Source of the DNA: a bacterium BMS3Bbin08 | Lineage (GTDB): Bacteria > Nitrospirota > Thermodesulfovibrionia > UBA6902 > BMS3Bbin08 | DNA: 64,000 bases | Assembly: GCA_002897775.1 (NCBI GenBank) | Contig: BDTR01000030.1 | Coordinates: forward strand, 128,070-192,069 | Reading direction: 5' to 3' | In this document: positions 1 to 9,925 of the stretch, in pieces | Position numbering within the stretch: position 1 is the first letter of the stretch | Layout: each line of letters starts with the position of its first letter | Program-made: the position numbers and the translations under genes | Notes under the pieces: generated by a model | Told to the model about the DNA's origin: nothing | What the model saw: only the letters and a program-made list of their open reading frames with translations | Databases searched by the model: none

Positions 1-524
1 ACATATTCGACAAGGTCCTGCTCTGTGAACGTTGCGATGATATCTTCACTGCCCAGTACCGGGTGAGCCAGTCCGCTGTCTTTCCAGGCGGTTTCATTGA
101 ACAGGTCGTGTATATAGTCCTCAGGGGTGTCTTCTACTGATTTTATTTCCTCGGATATTACACCCTTTTCTTTCCGTATCTCGTTCCCGGGAAAAACAGA
201 GTTCATGAAGATATCAGTAAGAAGTTCAATGGCCTTTTCAATATGTTCGTCAAGGACCTTTATAAAGAAGGCCGTGTTCTCGCGTGATGTAAAGGCATTC
301 AGTTCTCCGCCCAGGGAGTCTATCTCAACAGCGATATCCTTTGCCGATCTCTTATCGGTTCCTTTAAAGAACATGTGTTCGAGGAAGTGCGCTATGCCGA
401 ACTTTTTTGATGTCTCATTCCTGGAACCGGTCTTTACCCATATCCCCATACATAGGGAACGCGTATCGCGGGTAAGGTCCATAACTACGGGGATGTTGTT
501 TTCAAGGATTACTTTTTTATACAT
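1..524 (-). CDS. M16 family zinc peptidase (pitrilysin-like), 3' end outside window
   Basis: Manual translation MYKKVILENNIPVV...GSRNE...GIAHFLEHMFFKGT shows the inverted HxxEH zinc motif; typical position downstream of pnp. Confidence 0.9.
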   Translation of the reverse strand, partial: MYKKVILENNIPVVMDLTRDTRSLCMGIWVKTGSRNETSKKFGIAHFLEHMFFKGTDKRSAKDIAVEIDSLGGELNAFTSRENTAFFIKVLDEHIEKAIELLTDIFMNSVFPGNEIRKEKGVISEEIKSVEDTPEDYIHDLFNETAWKDSGLAHPVLGSEDIIATFTEQDLVEY

Positions 525-647
525 GACACTTGAACGCCCGAATGTGCCGGGCGAAAAAGTATAAGCGCCCGGGATATTGAAATGTTCGGTATTGGGATCT
601 TCTCTGGAATCAGTTTGCGCGCGCCCGGTTTTAAGGGCCTTCAGGGT

Positions 648-2741
648 TCAGGACTTTACAGGCGCCTGTTCTTTTATGGCTTCTTTTCGGCTCAGGCGTA
701 TCCTGCCTGTCTTGTCTATCTCGATGACCTTTACAAGGATCTCCTGACCTTCCTTGAGCACATCGGTAACTTTTGCTATTCTCTCTTCCGCGATCTGGGA
801 TATGTGAAGAAGTCCCTCAGTGCCCGGCAGTATCTCGACGAACGCCCCGAAATCCATTATCCTCTTTATTTTGCCCATATAGAGTTTTCCGAGCTCGGCC
901 TCAGCCACGATTCCCTTTATGATGTCCATGGCCTTTTGAGCGGATGCCTCATCCGCTGAAGCGATATTAATATTGCCGTCGTCATCAACATTGATCTTTA
1001 CGCCTGTTTCCTCAACAATACCCCTTATGACCTTTCCACCGGGGCCGATCACGTCCCTTATCTTATCTGGTTTTATCTGCATGGTAAATATCCGCGGGGC
1101 ATACGTTGCCAGTGTATCTCTGGGCGCGGAGAGCTCTTCTGACATTTTGTCAAGAATATGCAGTCTTCCAAGCCTTGCCCGCTCCAGGGCCTTTCCCATT
1201 ATCTCTTTGCTGACGCCGCTTATTTTGACGTCCATCTGAAAAGCGGTTATCCCCTCTTTTGTGCCTGTGACCTTGAAATCCATATCTCCAAGGTGGTCTT
1301 CAAGTCCGAGTATATCGGTGAGGATAACTGTCCTGTCCCCCTCCTTGATCAGTCCCATGGCAATACCCGCGACCGCTGACCTTATCGGTACACCGGCATC
1401 CATCAGTGCAAGGGTACCGCCGCATACAGTTGCCATGGAAGATGAGCCGTTTGATTCAAGTATGTCGGCAACTATTCTTATGGTGTAGGGAAAATCAGAC
1501 CTCAGGGGCAGTATAGCTTTAAGAGCCCTTTCGGCCAGTATTCCGTGGCCGATTTCCCGCCTTCCCGGACCCCTCATGGGCCTGACCTCTCCAACACTGA
1601 ACGAAGGGAAATTATAATGCAGCATGAACGCCTTTTTGAACTCCCCTTCAAGCGAGTCTATCCTTTGTTCATCTTCAACCGTGCCCAGTGTAACCACTGC
1701 CAGGCACTGTGTCTCGCCCCTTGTGAAAAGGGCTGAACCGTGGGTCCTTGGCAGGATCCCGGCCTCTGAGGTGATCTTTCTTATATCTTCAGGTTTGCGG
1801 CCGTCCACCCTGACATTTTTGTCCAGGATCATGCCGCGCACAAGCTTTTTCTCTATGTTGTTAAATACCTCGGATATCTCCCTTGATATGTCTGTCTCCC
1901 CGGTATTCAGCTCGTCAATAACGCCTTCCAGGATCTTGTCCAGGGTGTCCTGCCTCACTAATTTATCAGAGATCCTGATGGCGTCTTTTATTTTTTCCAG
2001 ACAGAGGTCTGAAACGGTTTTTATTATCTCTTCGTCTATTTGAGGCGGCGTAACCTCGCGTTTGCTCTTACCGGCTTTCCCTATGAAGTCTTTTTGAACA
2101 TCCACAATACGCTTTATTTCTCCGTGCGCTATGTCTATAGCCTCGATCAGTGTTGACTCCGGGATCTCAAGCCCTCCGCCTTCTACCATAAGGACCGCCT
2201 CGTCAGAGCCTGCCACGACAAGGGTAAAATCACACTCTTCTGATTCCTTGAGATCAGGGTTTACAACCAATGAACCTTCGATTATTCCTATTCTTACGGC
2301 GCCTATAGGGCCTTCAAACGGGATATCGGATATACCGAGCGCGGCGGATGCGCCAATGACTCCAAGGACATCAGCCATGTTTTCTTCGCCGAATGAGAGA
2401 ACAGACACGATCACCTGTGTCTCGCAATAAAAACCCTCCGGGAAAAGAGGTCTTATCGGTCTGTCGATCAGACGGGAAGTGAGAACTTCCTTTTCAGTAG
2501 GACGGCCTTCTCTTTTAAAAAACCCGCCGGGTATTTTGCCGGCAGCGTAGGTCTTTTCCTGATAGGCTACCGTAAGAGGGAAAAAATCAAGACCTACCCG
2601 GGCCTGCTTTGCCGCGACAGCCGTAGCCAGTACAACAGTGTCTCCATATCGTATGATTACAGATCCGTCAGCCTGCTTTGCGAATCGTCCGGTCTCAATA
2701 GAAAGGGGCTTCCCTTTAACTTCAAGTTCGATTGATGTCAT
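648..2741 (-). CDS. pnp: polyribonucleotide nucleotidyltransferase (PNPase)
   Basis: GKIPGGFFKREG, RREIGHG, SNGSSSMATVC motifs; C-terminal KH and S1 domains; follows rpsO. Confidence 0.98.
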   Translation of the reverse strand: MTSIELEVKGKPLSIETGRFAKQADGSVIIRYGDTVVLATAVAAKQARVGLDFFPLTVAYQEKTYAAGKIPGGFFKREGRPTEKEVLTSRLIDRPIRPLFPEGFYCETQVIVSVLSFGEENMADVLGVIGASAALGISDIPFEGPIGAVRIGIIEGSLVVNPDLKESEECDFTLVVAGSDEAVLMVEGGGLEIPESTLIEAIDIAHGEIKRIVDVQKDFIGKAGKSKREVTPPQIDEEIIKTVSDLCLEKIKDAIRISDKLVRQDTLDKILEGVIDELNTGETDISREISEVFNNIEKKLVRGMILDKNVRVDGRKPEDIRKITSEAGILPRTHGSALFTRGETQCLAVVTLGTVEDEQRIDSLEGEFKKAFMLHYNFPSFSVGEVRPMRGPGRREIGHGILAERALKAILPLRSDFPYTIRIVADILESNGSSSMATVCGGTLALMDAGVPIRSAVAGIAMGLIKEGDRTVILTDILGLEDHLGDMDFKVTGTKEGITAFQMDVKISGVSKEIMGKALERARLGRLHILDKMSEELSAPRDTLATYAPRIFTMQIKPDKIRDVIGPGGKVIRGIVEETGVKINVDDDGNINIASADEASAQKAMDIIKGIVAEAELGKLYMGKIKRIMDFGAFVEILPGTEGLLHISQIAEERIAKVTDVLKEGQEILVKVIEIDKTGRIRLSRKEAIKEQAPVKS

Positions 2742-2744
2742 CTG

Positions 2745-3014
2745 CTATTTTCTTATGCCGAGCTGCCCGATGATCTTCTCGTAGCGTGCCTTTTCCTCTT
2801 TTTTTAGATAGTCCAGGTGACGCCGCCTCTGCCCGACGAGTTTTAGCAGACCCCTTCTGGAATGGTGATCTTTTTTATGTGTCTGAAAGTGCTCTGAAAG
2901 CGTTTTCAGGCGTTCGCTTATAAGAGCTATCTGAACCTCTGGAGAACCCGTGTCAGTATTGTGGACCTTGTATTTGATAATTATCTCTTCTTTCTTTTGC
3001 TTGTCTAAAGCCAT
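2745..3014 (-). CDS. rpsO: 30S ribosomal protein S15
   Basis: 89 aa, [10 protein letters not shown] and [12 protein letters not shown] motifs. Confidence 0.98.
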   Translation of the reverse strand: MALDKQKKEEIIIKYKVHNTDTGSPEVQIALISERLKTLSEHFQTHKKDHHSRRGLLKLVGQRRRHLDYLKKEEKARYEKIIGQLGIRK

Positions 3015-3144
3015 AACGTAACCTTTTTGTATAGGATATTAACTAAAGATTAGCACACAGGAAAACTGTCTGTAAACCCCGTTACAAGTTCTTATATCAC
3101 TTCTTTTCTTACGGGGCGGACTCTCATAAAACCACACGCCTTAT

Positions 3145-4029
3145 TTAATGGGGCGGGGTATTAGGGGTCTCCGGAGTTTTCTTGAACGTTATATCCTTAA
3201 GCGCTTCTTCGTAAGTTTCTACCTTGTTTTTCTTTTTCAGCTCTTCAATGTATGAATCAAAGGCATTTTTCTGTTTCTCTACAGCAAGCCGTCTCTGGAT
3301 GGAGTTTTTTACTTCTTCAAAACCGCGCAATGTGCCTTCTTTTTTCTCCATAACCTCTATAATGTGAAAACCAAACTGTGTCTTGACAGGCGAGCTTGGC
3401 TCCCCGGGCTTGAGGTTAAAGGCAACGTGCTCAAATTCCGGTACCATCCTGCCGCGGCCAAAGAACCCCAGATCACCGCCGTTTACCGCAGAACCTTTAT
3501 CTTTGGAGTATTTTTTTGCCAGTTCGGCAAAGTCCGCGCCTTTTTTGAGTTTTCCAAGTATGTCATTTGCTTCTTCTTCAGTATCAACCAGGATATGTCG
3601 CGCCTTTACCTGCAGGTCTGCGGTGAATTCTTCGGGGTGCGTGTCATAAAAGTTTCTTATCTCCTGCTCATCGACCCTGGAATTGTTCTCTATCTCTTTT
3701 TTAAGAAGAGCGGACAGCAGTGTCATTTTCTTGAATTCCTTGACCTTTTCAATAAAATCCTTGTCCTTGTTAAGGCCCTGTTTTTTGGCCTCCTGATAAA
3801 GAAGCTCTTCCTTGACCATTTCGTTAAGAAGCTCTTTTTTGCCTTCCTCGCTCTGGAACCTGGCCCTTGCCCATTCAGGAATAACCTCCAGCTTATTCAG
3901 GAAAGCTTCTTTTGTTATTGTCGTGCTATTGATTTTTGCCAGGTTTTTGCCTGTGCCGGCGCCTTGTTTTGCGGTATTGCATCCTGTGATGATCATTACC
4001 GCGAATATCAAAATAAGCAGTTTTTTCAT
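3145..4029 (-). CDS. PpiC/parvulin-type peptidyl-prolyl isomerase lipoprotein (PrsA-like)
   Basis: Lipobox ITGC; ARHILV, FAELAKKYSKD, GGDLG, TQFGFHII parvulin motifs. Confidence 0.9.
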   Translation of the reverse strand: MKKLLILIFAVMIITGCNTAKQGAGTGKNLAKINSTTITKEAFLNKLEVIPEWARARFQSEEGKKELLNEMVKEELLYQEAKKQGLNKDKDFIEKVKEFKKMTLLSALLKKEIENNSRVDEQEIRNFYDTHPEEFTADLQVKARHILVDTEEEANDILGKLKKGADFAELAKKYSKDKGSAVNGGDLGFFGRGRMVPEFEHVAFNLKPGEPSSPVKTQFGFHIIEVMEKKEGTLRGFEEVKNSIQRRLAVEKQKNAFDSYIEELKKKNKVETYEEALKDITFKKTPETPNTPPH

Positions 4030-4108
4030 TTAAAACACTCCTTTTTTATGTACTAAATTGGTAACTCCAGATAGATTTTATAACATATTCTATTTATTTT
4101 TACAACTA

Positions 4109-7100
4109 TCAGGGGACCAGTTCTATCAGAAGGTTTTTTAATACCCTGAAAATTCCAGGCCATTTTTCCCCCGCGAGGTCGATTTCAAAACCGCCCTGTG
4201 GAATAAATTTGACCGGTAGTTTTCTTTTTCGCGAAATTTTCAGGATCTCCTGAGGGGTTACAGATGCTTCAGGCATAAAGAGTATCTTTATCCTGCCGCG
4301 GGAATTCTGTATCCTGGTAATGGCAAGTTTTTTTGCCAGCACCTTGAGCTCCATTATCTGGAGCAGTCTGCGTGTCTCCTCAGGGGGTGTGCCGAACCTG
4401 TCCCCGAGCTCTTCAACAAGCTCTTTGAGATCCCGGCTGTCCTTTGCCAGGGCGATCTTTCTGTAGATACTTAGTCTGAGGTCAGGGTTCTCAATATACG
4501 CCTCCGGGATAATAGCCGTTGTTCTGAGTTCAAGCACAGGCTCGACCCTTGGCGGTATTTTTTCTCCCTTGAGTTCCGCCACTGCCTGTTCGAGCGTCTC
4601 AACGTACAGGTCAAAGCCAATTGCCAGTATGTGGCCTGATTGTTCAGCGCCAAGCAGGTTGCCGGCTCCCCTGATCTCAAGGTCCCTGAGCGCCAGCCTG
4701 AACCCGGCGCCCAGGTAGCCAAGTTCCTGGATCGCCTGAAGTTTTTTCCTTGCCTGCGCTGTGATCACGTCATCTCCAGGTATAAGAAAATAAGAATACG
4801 CCCTGACATTGGACCGGCCCACCCTTCCCCTCAGCTGATACAGGTCTGCCAGCCCGAACTTATCAGCCCGGTCAATGATTATTGTATTTGCGCTGGGAAT
4901 ATCAAGGCCTGAACCTATGATGGCGGTTGATACCAGTATATTGGTCTCTTTCCTGAAAAAAGACCTCATTATCTGTTCAAGTTCTTTTTCTCTCATCTGC
5001 CCGTGTGCCACAGCTACCCTGGCCCCGGGCACCAGTTCCCTTATGTAATTTGCTACACTGTAGATGTCCTGAACGCGGTTATGCACAAAGAAGGCCTGTC
5101 CGTCGCGGTCCAGTTCTTTCTGAAGTGCCTGCTCAATGATCCCCGGATCGAACCTCGCGACAAAGCTCCTGACAGCGAGCCTGTCCTCAGGCGGGGTCTC
5201 TATCACGCTCATCGCCCTTATTCCGGAGAGGGCCATGTGGAGCGTCCTTGGAATGGGTGTCGCGGAAAGCGTGATTATATCGACAGCGCTCCTGAGTGAT
5301 TTAATTTTTTCTTTATGTGTCACTCCGAACCTGTGTTCCTCGTCTATGACAAGCAGCCCCAGGTCGTAAAAACCTACGTCTTTTGCAAGGAGCCTGTGGG
5401 TTCCGATAATAATGTCTATATCTCCGTTGGCAAGGGCTCTGAGGGTCTGCTTTTGCTCTGCCCTGTTCTTAAAACGGCTGATGAAGTCGATCTTTACGGG
5501 AAAGGCTGAAAATCTTGAGGTGAACGTATCAAAATGCTGTTCAGCCAGTATTGTTGTCGGTACGAGCACAGCTGCCTGTTTTGAGTCATAAACCGCCTTA
5601 AAACACGCCCTCATTATCACCTCTGTCTTGCCGTATCCGACATCCCCGCATAACAGGGTATCCATGGGAGTCAGGCTTTCCATGCTGCGCTTTATCTCAT
5701 TTATTGCGGTTAACTGGTCAGGGGTCTCTTCATAAAGAAAAAACCCGTCAAACTCTCTGTGCAGTTCAGTGTCTTTTGAAAAGGCATGTCCTTTTGCTGT
5801 TGTGCGCCTGGCATATATGGCCAGTAGTTTCCGGGCCATGTCCTTTATCTTCTGTCTGATCTTGCGCCTTGTTCTCTGCCATGTCTTTCCCCCAAGTTTG
5901 TCCATTTTCGGCCTTACACTTTCAGGGGCGTGGTATTTCTGAACATGGTCGATGCGCTCAAGAGGGACATAGAGCCTGTCGCCGCCAAGATACTCCATAA
6001 CGATGAAGTCGCCTTCGTGGTCTTCTATTGCCTGCTTTTTAAGGCCGATGAACTTACCTATGCCGTGTTCCATGTGCACAAGATAATCACCCTCATTAAA
6101 ATCCTCTATTGATGAGATAAGCCTGGAAACCCTTGACCTCTTTATGGATTTAAACACCGGTTTTTTACCGAAGATATCTCTTTCAGCAAGAACGATGGAG
6201 TTCTGACAGACAAAGCCCCTTCCTGCTTTACCAATGGCGATTACCGGGCTTCGCGGGTGGCTGACAGCCGCCGCGCCGCTGAGGACAGGCACTTCAAGTT
6301 CCGCCTCTGAGAACAGTTCTTTCAGCCTCTTTGCCTGGCCCTCTGACGAGCAGACCATCAATATAAAATACAGTTTCCAAAGTTCCCCGACTCTTTTTAT
6401 AAAGTCTTCCAGCGAGCGTCTTTCTTCCTGCAAAAGCCCGAATCCGGCTGTGCTTCTTATATTGAGATCAAAACCTTCTCCCTTCAGGGGAAGAGAGGTA
6501 ATGTAAAAGGGCTCTTTATCCTGCAGCATGGCAGACAGGTCAGGGAACTGCCTTTTTATATCATCAGGCTCGTTTAATATCAGGGTGCTCCGGTCAAGGA
6601 CATCTATCAGGTTTGGTCCCTGATCCGGTTCAACAGCAGGGCCTATTGACACATCTTCCAACTTCTTTACTGTCCGCTGTGTATCTGTATCAAAAACCCT
6701 TAAAGACTCGATCTCATCACCAAAGAACTCCATTCTTACCGGGAGCTCCTGTTCAGGCGGGAATACATCGAGGATACCCCCCCTTATGCTCATTTCGCCC
6801 GGGCCTGATACAAGCGGGACCTGAAGATAACCATAGCTTTCAAGGGTACTGATGACAGAGTCCCTGTCAGCGGCAGAGCGGTTCATTACTTTTAACAAAG
6901 GGAACTTATCTCCTGGCCATATTGGAGACAACGCGGCCTCAACAGACGCGATGAACGCGATCTTCCCGCTGTACAGGCGCCGGAGATTTGCCAGGCGCAG
7001 AGGATCACCTTCAGGCGGTATCAGTACAGGTTCGTCACTGCCAAGCGCTTTGGACCAGAAGACCGCGTCAGAATAAAGTTCACCGGCAGCGGCCTCAGCG

Positions 7101-7240
7101 CTGCACAGCAGCAGGCAGGGACCTTTGACCATTGAGAAGAACAGGGCCTTTGACGAACCTGAGAGCGAGGTGTACGAGCGGATCTTTCCGTGTTCAACGG
7201 CTCTGGCGGCTTTTTCAAAAAAGGAAAGGTCTATCGGCAT
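4109..7240 (-). CDS. mfd: transcription-repair coupling factor
   Basis: UvrB-like N-terminus, RID (HGIGKF), GDVGYGKT, DEEHRFG, SATPIPRT, QLRGRVGR, TRCF C-terminus. Confidence 0.97.
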   Translation of the reverse strand: MPIDLSFFEKAARAVEHGKIRSYTSLSGSSKALFFSMVKGPCLLLCSAEAAAGELYSDAVFWSKALGSDEPVLIPPEGDPLRLANLRRLYSGKIAFIASVEAALSPIWPGDKFPLLKVMNRSAADRDSVISTLESYGYLQVPLVSGPGEMSIRGGILDVFPPEQELPVRMEFFGDEIESLRVFDTDTQRTVKKLEDVSIGPAVEPDQGPNLIDVLDRSTLILNEPDDIKRQFPDLSAMLQDKEPFYITSLPLKGEGFDLNIRSTAGFGLLQEERRSLEDFIKRVGELWKLYFILMVCSSEGQAKRLKELFSEAELEVPVLSGAAAVSHPRSPVIAIGKAGRGFVCQNSIVLAERDIFGKKPVFKSIKRSRVSRLISSIEDFNEGDYLVHMEHGIGKFIGLKKQAIEDHEGDFIVMEYLGGDRLYVPLERIDHVQKYHAPESVRPKMDKLGGKTWQRTRRKIRQKIKDMARKLLAIYARRTTAKGHAFSKDTELHREFDGFFLYEETPDQLTAINEIKRSMESLTPMDTLLCGDVGYGKTEVIMRACFKAVYDSKQAAVLVPTTILAEQHFDTFTSRFSAFPVKIDFISRFKNRAEQKQTLRALANGDIDIIIGTHRLLAKDVGFYDLGLLVIDEEHRFGVTHKEKIKSLRSAVDIITLSATPIPRTLHMALSGIRAMSVIETPPEDRLAVRSFVARFDPGIIEQALQKELDRDGQAFFVHNRVQDIYSVANYIRELVPGARVAVAHGQMREKELEQIMRSFFRKETNILVSTAIIGSGLDIPSANTIIIDRADKFGLADLYQLRGRVGRSNVRAYSYFLIPGDDVITAQARKKLQAIQELGYLGAGFRLALRDLEIRGAGNLLGAEQSGHILAIGFDLYVETLEQAVAELKGEKIPPRVEPVLELRTTAIIPEAYIENPDLRLSIYRKIALAKDSRDLKELVEELGDRFGTPPEETRRLLQIMELKVLAKKLAITRIQNSRGRIKILFMPEASVTPQEILKISRKRKLPVKFIPQGGFEIDLAGEKWPGIFRVLKNLLIELVP

Positions 7241-7262
7241 GGTTAAAGATCCAAATCACAAG

Positions 7263-7282
7263 CCTGCCTGCCGGTAGGCAGG
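7263..7282. repeat. 20-bp palindromic element CCTGCCTGCCGGTAGGCAGG inside a heptamer-repeat tract
   Basis: Near-perfect palindrome; related copies at 38095-38114, 50363-50377 and inside CRISPR repeats at 31492 and 35094. Confidence 0.8.
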
Positions 7283-7334
7283 CACCAACTCCCAATTTAC
7301 GAACGTTTGGAATTTCGTTATTGGATATTGGAGC

Positions 7335-7829
7335 TTATTTGGGATCTGGGATTTGGTTATTGGAATCTTGAATTTTTTGTATTTTTTTTATGATCTCACT
7401 TGTGGATATTCCCTGAACAAAGGGGATGGTGCGCACCTCTTTGGCAATGTCCCTGCCCACGATATCCTCTTCTTTCCAGTCCGCTCCTTTTACAAGTATA
7501 TCAGGACCTATTTCCTTTATGAGCTCATAAGGGGTCTCTTCATCAAAGACCGTGATATAGTCCACCGCATTGAGCGCGGAAAGGATCTCAGCCCTCTGCG
7601 CCTCGGGAGTGACAGGCCTTTCGGGTTTGATCCCTGAAACGGAATTGTCCGAGTTCAGCCCGATTATAAGTACATCACCCATGCCCCTGGCCTCTTCAAG
7701 GTAACGGACGTGACCTATGTGCAGGATATCAAAACAGCCGTTGGTAAAAACGATCTTTTTGTCCCGTTCCTTTAATTCACGGACAGTATCTTTAAGCGCG
7801 TCCCTGTTTAAAATTTTATTCCCGGTCAT
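7335..7829 (-). CDS. rfaE2: D-glycero-beta-D-manno-heptose 1-phosphate adenylyltransferase
   Basis: [13 protein letters not shown] (HIGH) and GLNSD, LVKGAD motifs. Confidence 0.92.
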   Translation of the reverse strand: MTGNKILNRDALKDTVRELKERDKKIVFTNGCFDILHIGHVRYLEEARGMGDVLIIGLNSDNSVSGIKPERPVTPEAQRAEILSALNAVDYITVFDEETPYELIKEIGPDILVKGADWKEEDIVGRDIAKEVRTIPFVQGISTSEIIKKIQKIQDSNNQIPDPK

Positions 7830-7912
7830 CTATCAATGCCTGTCCTGAAATGTTCGGATTTTTTATATTAAAGCTTTTAAGGCTCCTTGCACAAGACCTG
7901 AGCGCTGGTGCT

Positions 7913-9103
7913 TTATCCTGAAGCGCGCGAGATCTCCTGCCAGAAACTTCTTCCTGAGAGGTCCGTGGTTTCAGGTCTTTTTATTGATAATGCCTCCAGT
8001 ACGGTAGCACCGACATCAGAAAAGCCCTGCCTTATTCCAAGGTTCACCCCTGCCTTAAGAGACGGACCGTAAACCAGCAGGGGCACGTATTCCCTTGAGT
8101 GGTCTGTGCCTGTGGTGGTTGGGTCACAGCCGTGGTCTGCTGTTATAATCAACATGGAGTCCTCATTAATAATATCAAGCACTTCAGACAATCTGCTGTC
8201 AAAGGCCGCTAATGCCCGCGCGTATCCCTCAGCGTTATTTCTGTGGCCGTACAGCGTATCAAAATCCACCAGCGTCTCAAACACAAGCCCTTTTTTAAGG
8301 GCTTTAAAAGAAGCCAGGGTCTTTGACAGGGAGTCGTCATTTTCCGACACGGATATGGCATGAGTGAAGCCTTTGCCCGCGAATATGTCTGTTACCTTTC
8401 CGATACTGATCACATCCATGCCGGCTTCCGCGACATATTCAAGGACTGTTTTATTCAAAGGCGGGATACTGTAATCTTTTCTCCCGGCGGTCCTTGTAAA
8501 AGAGCCGCTTTTGCCGATGAAAGGCCTGGCAATGACCCTGCCCACATTATGAGGATAGCGGAGGATATCCCTTGCTGTCCCGCACATCCTGTAAAGTTCC
8601 CGAAGAGGGACCACTTCTTCGTGGGCTGCTATCTGGAACACGCTGTCAGCAGATGTATAGACAATGGGGCTTCCTGTCCTGATGTGTTCCGGGCCGAGCT
8701 CTTTTATGATCTCTGTGCCTGAAGCCGGTTTATTGCCCAGTATCTTTTTGCCGATGGCGGTCTCGAACGCATTGATCACTTCAGGGGGAAACCCATCGGG
8801 ATAGACCGGGAACGGCTCAACAACAGGCGCTCCCATCATTTCCCAGTGGCCGGAGGTGCTGTCTTTGCCATTTGATATCTCTGACATTCTTCCAAAACAT
8901 CCAATGACATTAGCGGGTCTTTCGATCCCTTTGAAATCACCCAGGAAACCAAGCCCAAGTGCTTGCAGATTAGGCAGTTTCAGGCCGTTGACAAATCTGG
9001 TTATGTTGCCAAGGGTATTGCTCCCCGTGTCTCCGTATTCACCGGCGTCAGGCAGTTCCCCTATACCAAGTCCGTCCACAACGATCAGTAAGATCTTCCG
9101 CAT
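7913..9103 (-). CDS. deoB: phosphopentomutase
   Basis: GKDSTSGHWE, YTSADSVFQIAAHE, GRVIARPF, ADHGCDP motifs. Confidence 0.96.
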   Translation of the reverse strand: MRKILLIVVDGLGIGELPDAGEYGDTGSNTLGNITRFVNGLKLPNLQALGLGFLGDFKGIERPANVIGCFGRMSEISNGKDSTSGHWEMMGAPVVEPFPVYPDGFPPEVINAFETAIGKKILGNKPASGTEIIKELGPEHIRTGSPIVYTSADSVFQIAAHEEVVPLRELYRMCGTARDILRYPHNVGRVIARPFIGKSGSFTRTAGRKDYSIPPLNKTVLEYVAEAGMDVISIGKVTDIFAGKGFTHAISVSENDDSLSKTLASFKALKKGLVFETLVDFDTLYGHRNNAEGYARALAAFDSRLSEVLDIINEDSMLIITADHGCDPTTTGTDHSREYVPLLVYGPSLKAGVNLGIRQGFSDVGATVLEALSIKRPETTDLSGRSFWQEISRASG

Positions 9104-9123
9104 TTACGCGCCCTGTCTTTAAG

Positions 9124-9651
9124 TTAGAACTCTATTCCCTTTCTTGCCTTGATCCCTTTTTTATAGGGATGCTTGACCAGCCGCATTTCTGTCACGTAGT
9201 CAGCGATCCTTATCAGTTCCTCAGGCGCGTTCCTGCCGGTAAACACCAGCTCAATGCCTTCAGGCCTTGCCTTTATTATCTTCCTGACGTCTGACATGGT
9301 CGCGTATTTGCCGCTGAAGAGGTTATTGAACTCGTCCATTATTACCAGGTCGTAGCGGCTGCTTTTGATCGTATCAATGGAAAGGGCTATTGCCTCTTTA
9401 ACAGATCTCTTAAGCTCGGACAGCTTGACCCCGGGGTCAAATAGCGGTGGAGTCTGTCCCTTGAACTTTATTATTTTTATCCCGTATTTTTTGGCGGTAT
9501 TGATCTCGCCGGAATTCCTGGCGCCGCTTTTAAGAAATTGCAGGATAAGGACCTTTTTGTCATGTCCTGCCGCCCTCATGGCAAGTCCCATTGCCGCCGT
9601 TGTCTTGCCTTTGCCTTCCCCTGTATATACGTGTATGAGCTTTTTGGTCAT
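9124..9651 (-). CDS. cobO: cob(I)yrinic acid a,c-diamide adenosyltransferase (BtuR/CobO type)
   Basis: YTGEGKGKTTAA P-loop, QFLK, TGR and KHP...GIEF motifs. Confidence 0.92.
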   Translation of the reverse strand: MTKKLIHVYTGEGKGKTTAAMGLAMRAAGHDKKVLILQFLKSGARNSGEINTAKKYGIKIIKFKGQTPPLFDPGVKLSELKRSVKEAIALSIDTIKSSRYDLVIMDEFNNLFSGKYATMSDVRKIIKARPEGIELVFTGRNAPEELIRIADYVTEMRLVKHPYKKGIKARKGIEF

Positions 9652-9741
9652 AATCTAAAATAAGTGAGAAATGAAAAATAGGAGTGAAGAAGGTAAAGAA
9701 TTTTTTTTCTTATTTCTCAGTTCCTATTTCTTAGTTATTTT

Positions 9742-9816
9742 TGGAGCGGGCGACGGGATTCGAACCCGCGACCTTCAGCTTGGGAAGCTAACACTCTACC
9801 ACTGAGTTACGCCCGC
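9742..9816 (-). tRNA. tRNA-Gly (anticodon CCC)
   Basis: Reverse complement GCGGGCGTAACTCAGTGGTAGAGTGTTAGCTTCCCAAGCTGAAGGTCGCGGGTTCGAATCCCGTCGCCCGCTCCA: cloverleaf, TTCGAA T-loop, encoded CCA. Confidence 0.97.
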
Positions 9817-9925
9817 TGACGCAATAATAAGTATTGTATATTGACGGCAAGAGTATTTCAAGCAGCCATTATCCCTGTTAAGGGCGCCTGTTTTAAGGCC
9901 GGGTATTTTGCTATAATAAAAGACT

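Noticed and set aside
9742-9816. tRNA-Gly as an integration site for an island
   Set aside because: No duplicated tRNA 3' end and no integrase seen; flanking genes are housekeeping.
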